Shown one piece after another: positions 31,500 to 32,066 of a DNA stretch of 32,066 bases. The notes below the pieces were generated by a model that saw nothing but the letters and a program-made list of their open reading frames with translations, did no database searches and was not told the DNA's origin. The DNA is from Elusimicrobiota bacterium. Lineage in GTDB: Bacteria > Elusimicrobiota > Elusimicrobia > 2-01-FULL-59-12 > JACPXA01. Position 1 is the first letter of the stretch. Each line of letters begins with the position of its first letter. A program made the position numbers and the translations under genes. The stretch is from positions 1 to 32,066 of the forward strand of contig JACPXA010000263.1 in the NCBI GenBank assembly GCA_016196785.1. The letters are read 5' to 3'.

Positions 31500-32066
31500 G
31501 TGACCGTACTGGGTATTGTCCGATACGTCCTCCTTCTGACCAATCTTGCACTTTTCTTTGCGCCAGCGGGGTGGACGCTCACGACCGGCCAGAATGCGGA
31601 TGGGCCCATCATCGGCCAGCCAAATTTCACCACCCCTAGCATTACCGGAGCCGGCCTGAACCTCGTAGGAACTCAGAACGGCATCTATGTGGATTCAAAC
31701 GGAAAACTCTTCATCACGGATGTCGGCAACAACCGGGTGCTGATCTACAACAGCGTCCCCACCGCGAGCGGCGCGGCCGCCAATGTGGTGGTGGGTCAAG
31801 CTAGTATGAACGCCAACTTGGCGAATCAGGGGCTGCCTGCGGATGCCGCGACCTTGAACAGCCCCAGGGGGGTCTTCTCGGATGGCACCAACCGCCCGTG
31901 GCGGGTCAAGTCCCGCCCGCCCTCGCTGCTGGCCTGCCAGGCGCTGGAGTGGACCAAGTTCTCCATGCTGCGGCCCCTCCGCACGTACCGCCATCTCTAC
32001 ACCCGCGGGGAGGAGCTCCTGCGGGCGGTGGGCGTGTGGGAGGACCGGGACGAGACCGTCCGGAAC
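31500..32066 (+). CDS. Secreted NHL-repeat protein, 3'-truncated by the window; last 58 codons are compositionally foreign
   Basis: Frame open to the window end, hence absent from the ORF track. GTG 31500 gives the signal-like MTVLGIVRYVLLLTNLALFFAPAGW. NHL unit GIYVDSNGKLFITDVGNNRVLIYN. Character changes at ~31893. Confidence 0.6.
   Translation, partial: MTVLGIVRYVLLLTNLALFFAPAGWTLTTGQNADGPIIGQPNFTTPSITGAGLNLVGTQNGIYVDSNGKLFITDVGNNRVLIYNSVPTASGAAANVVVGQASMNANLANQGLPADAATLNSPRGVFSDGTNRPWRVKSRPPSLLACQALEWTKFSMLRPLRTYRHLYTRGEELLRAVGVWEDRDETVRN

Noticed and set aside
31346-31639. 97-aa track ORF spanning the palindromic repeat (..SFPRKRESSPEIWVPACAGTT..)
   Set aside because: It is a translation of the repeat element, overlaps the 3' end of the barrel gene, and is out of frame with the signal-peptide-bearing NHL ORF.

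Overview
High-G+C (roughly 60%) bacterial chromosomal segment, almost entirely + strand, built from deeply conserved housekeeping operons: proB-ychF; rpsF-ssb-rpsR-rplI-dnaB-alr; an MlaE/MlaF/MCE-type lipid ABC transporter; yacL-ispD-ispF-cysS-rlmB; a Thr-Tyr-Gly-Thr tRNA series; rpmG-tRNA-Trp-secE-nusG-rplK-rplA; then a membrane H+-pyrophosphatase. Three genes below the ORF-track cutoff were found by hand: rpmG (50 aa), secE (59 aa) and a 32-aa hydrophobic peptide on the minus strand. Accessory material sits inside this core. There is a lower-G+C islet (14-blade FG-GAP protein plus a DUF433/DUF5615 toxin-antitoxin pair) abutting tRNA-Thr, protein genes wedged between the tRNAs, two families of palindromic repeats, and a 3' cluster (MerR-HTH::receiver hybrid regulator, beta-barrel with a long coiled-coil tail, NHL-repeat protein). 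The most interesting unexplained signals are: (1) a ~0.4 kb repeat-bearing, hairpin-rich non-coding block between rpmG and tRNA-Trp (candidate novel structured RNA or leader); (2) the MerR::REC plus barrel/coiled-coil plus NHL cluster; (3) an apparent frameshift at a G7 tract in the MCE gene; (4) sharp compositional breaks at both window edges. No CRISPR array, rRNA, integrase or transposase was seen. All family assignments rest on motif recognition by eye; no database search was possible.
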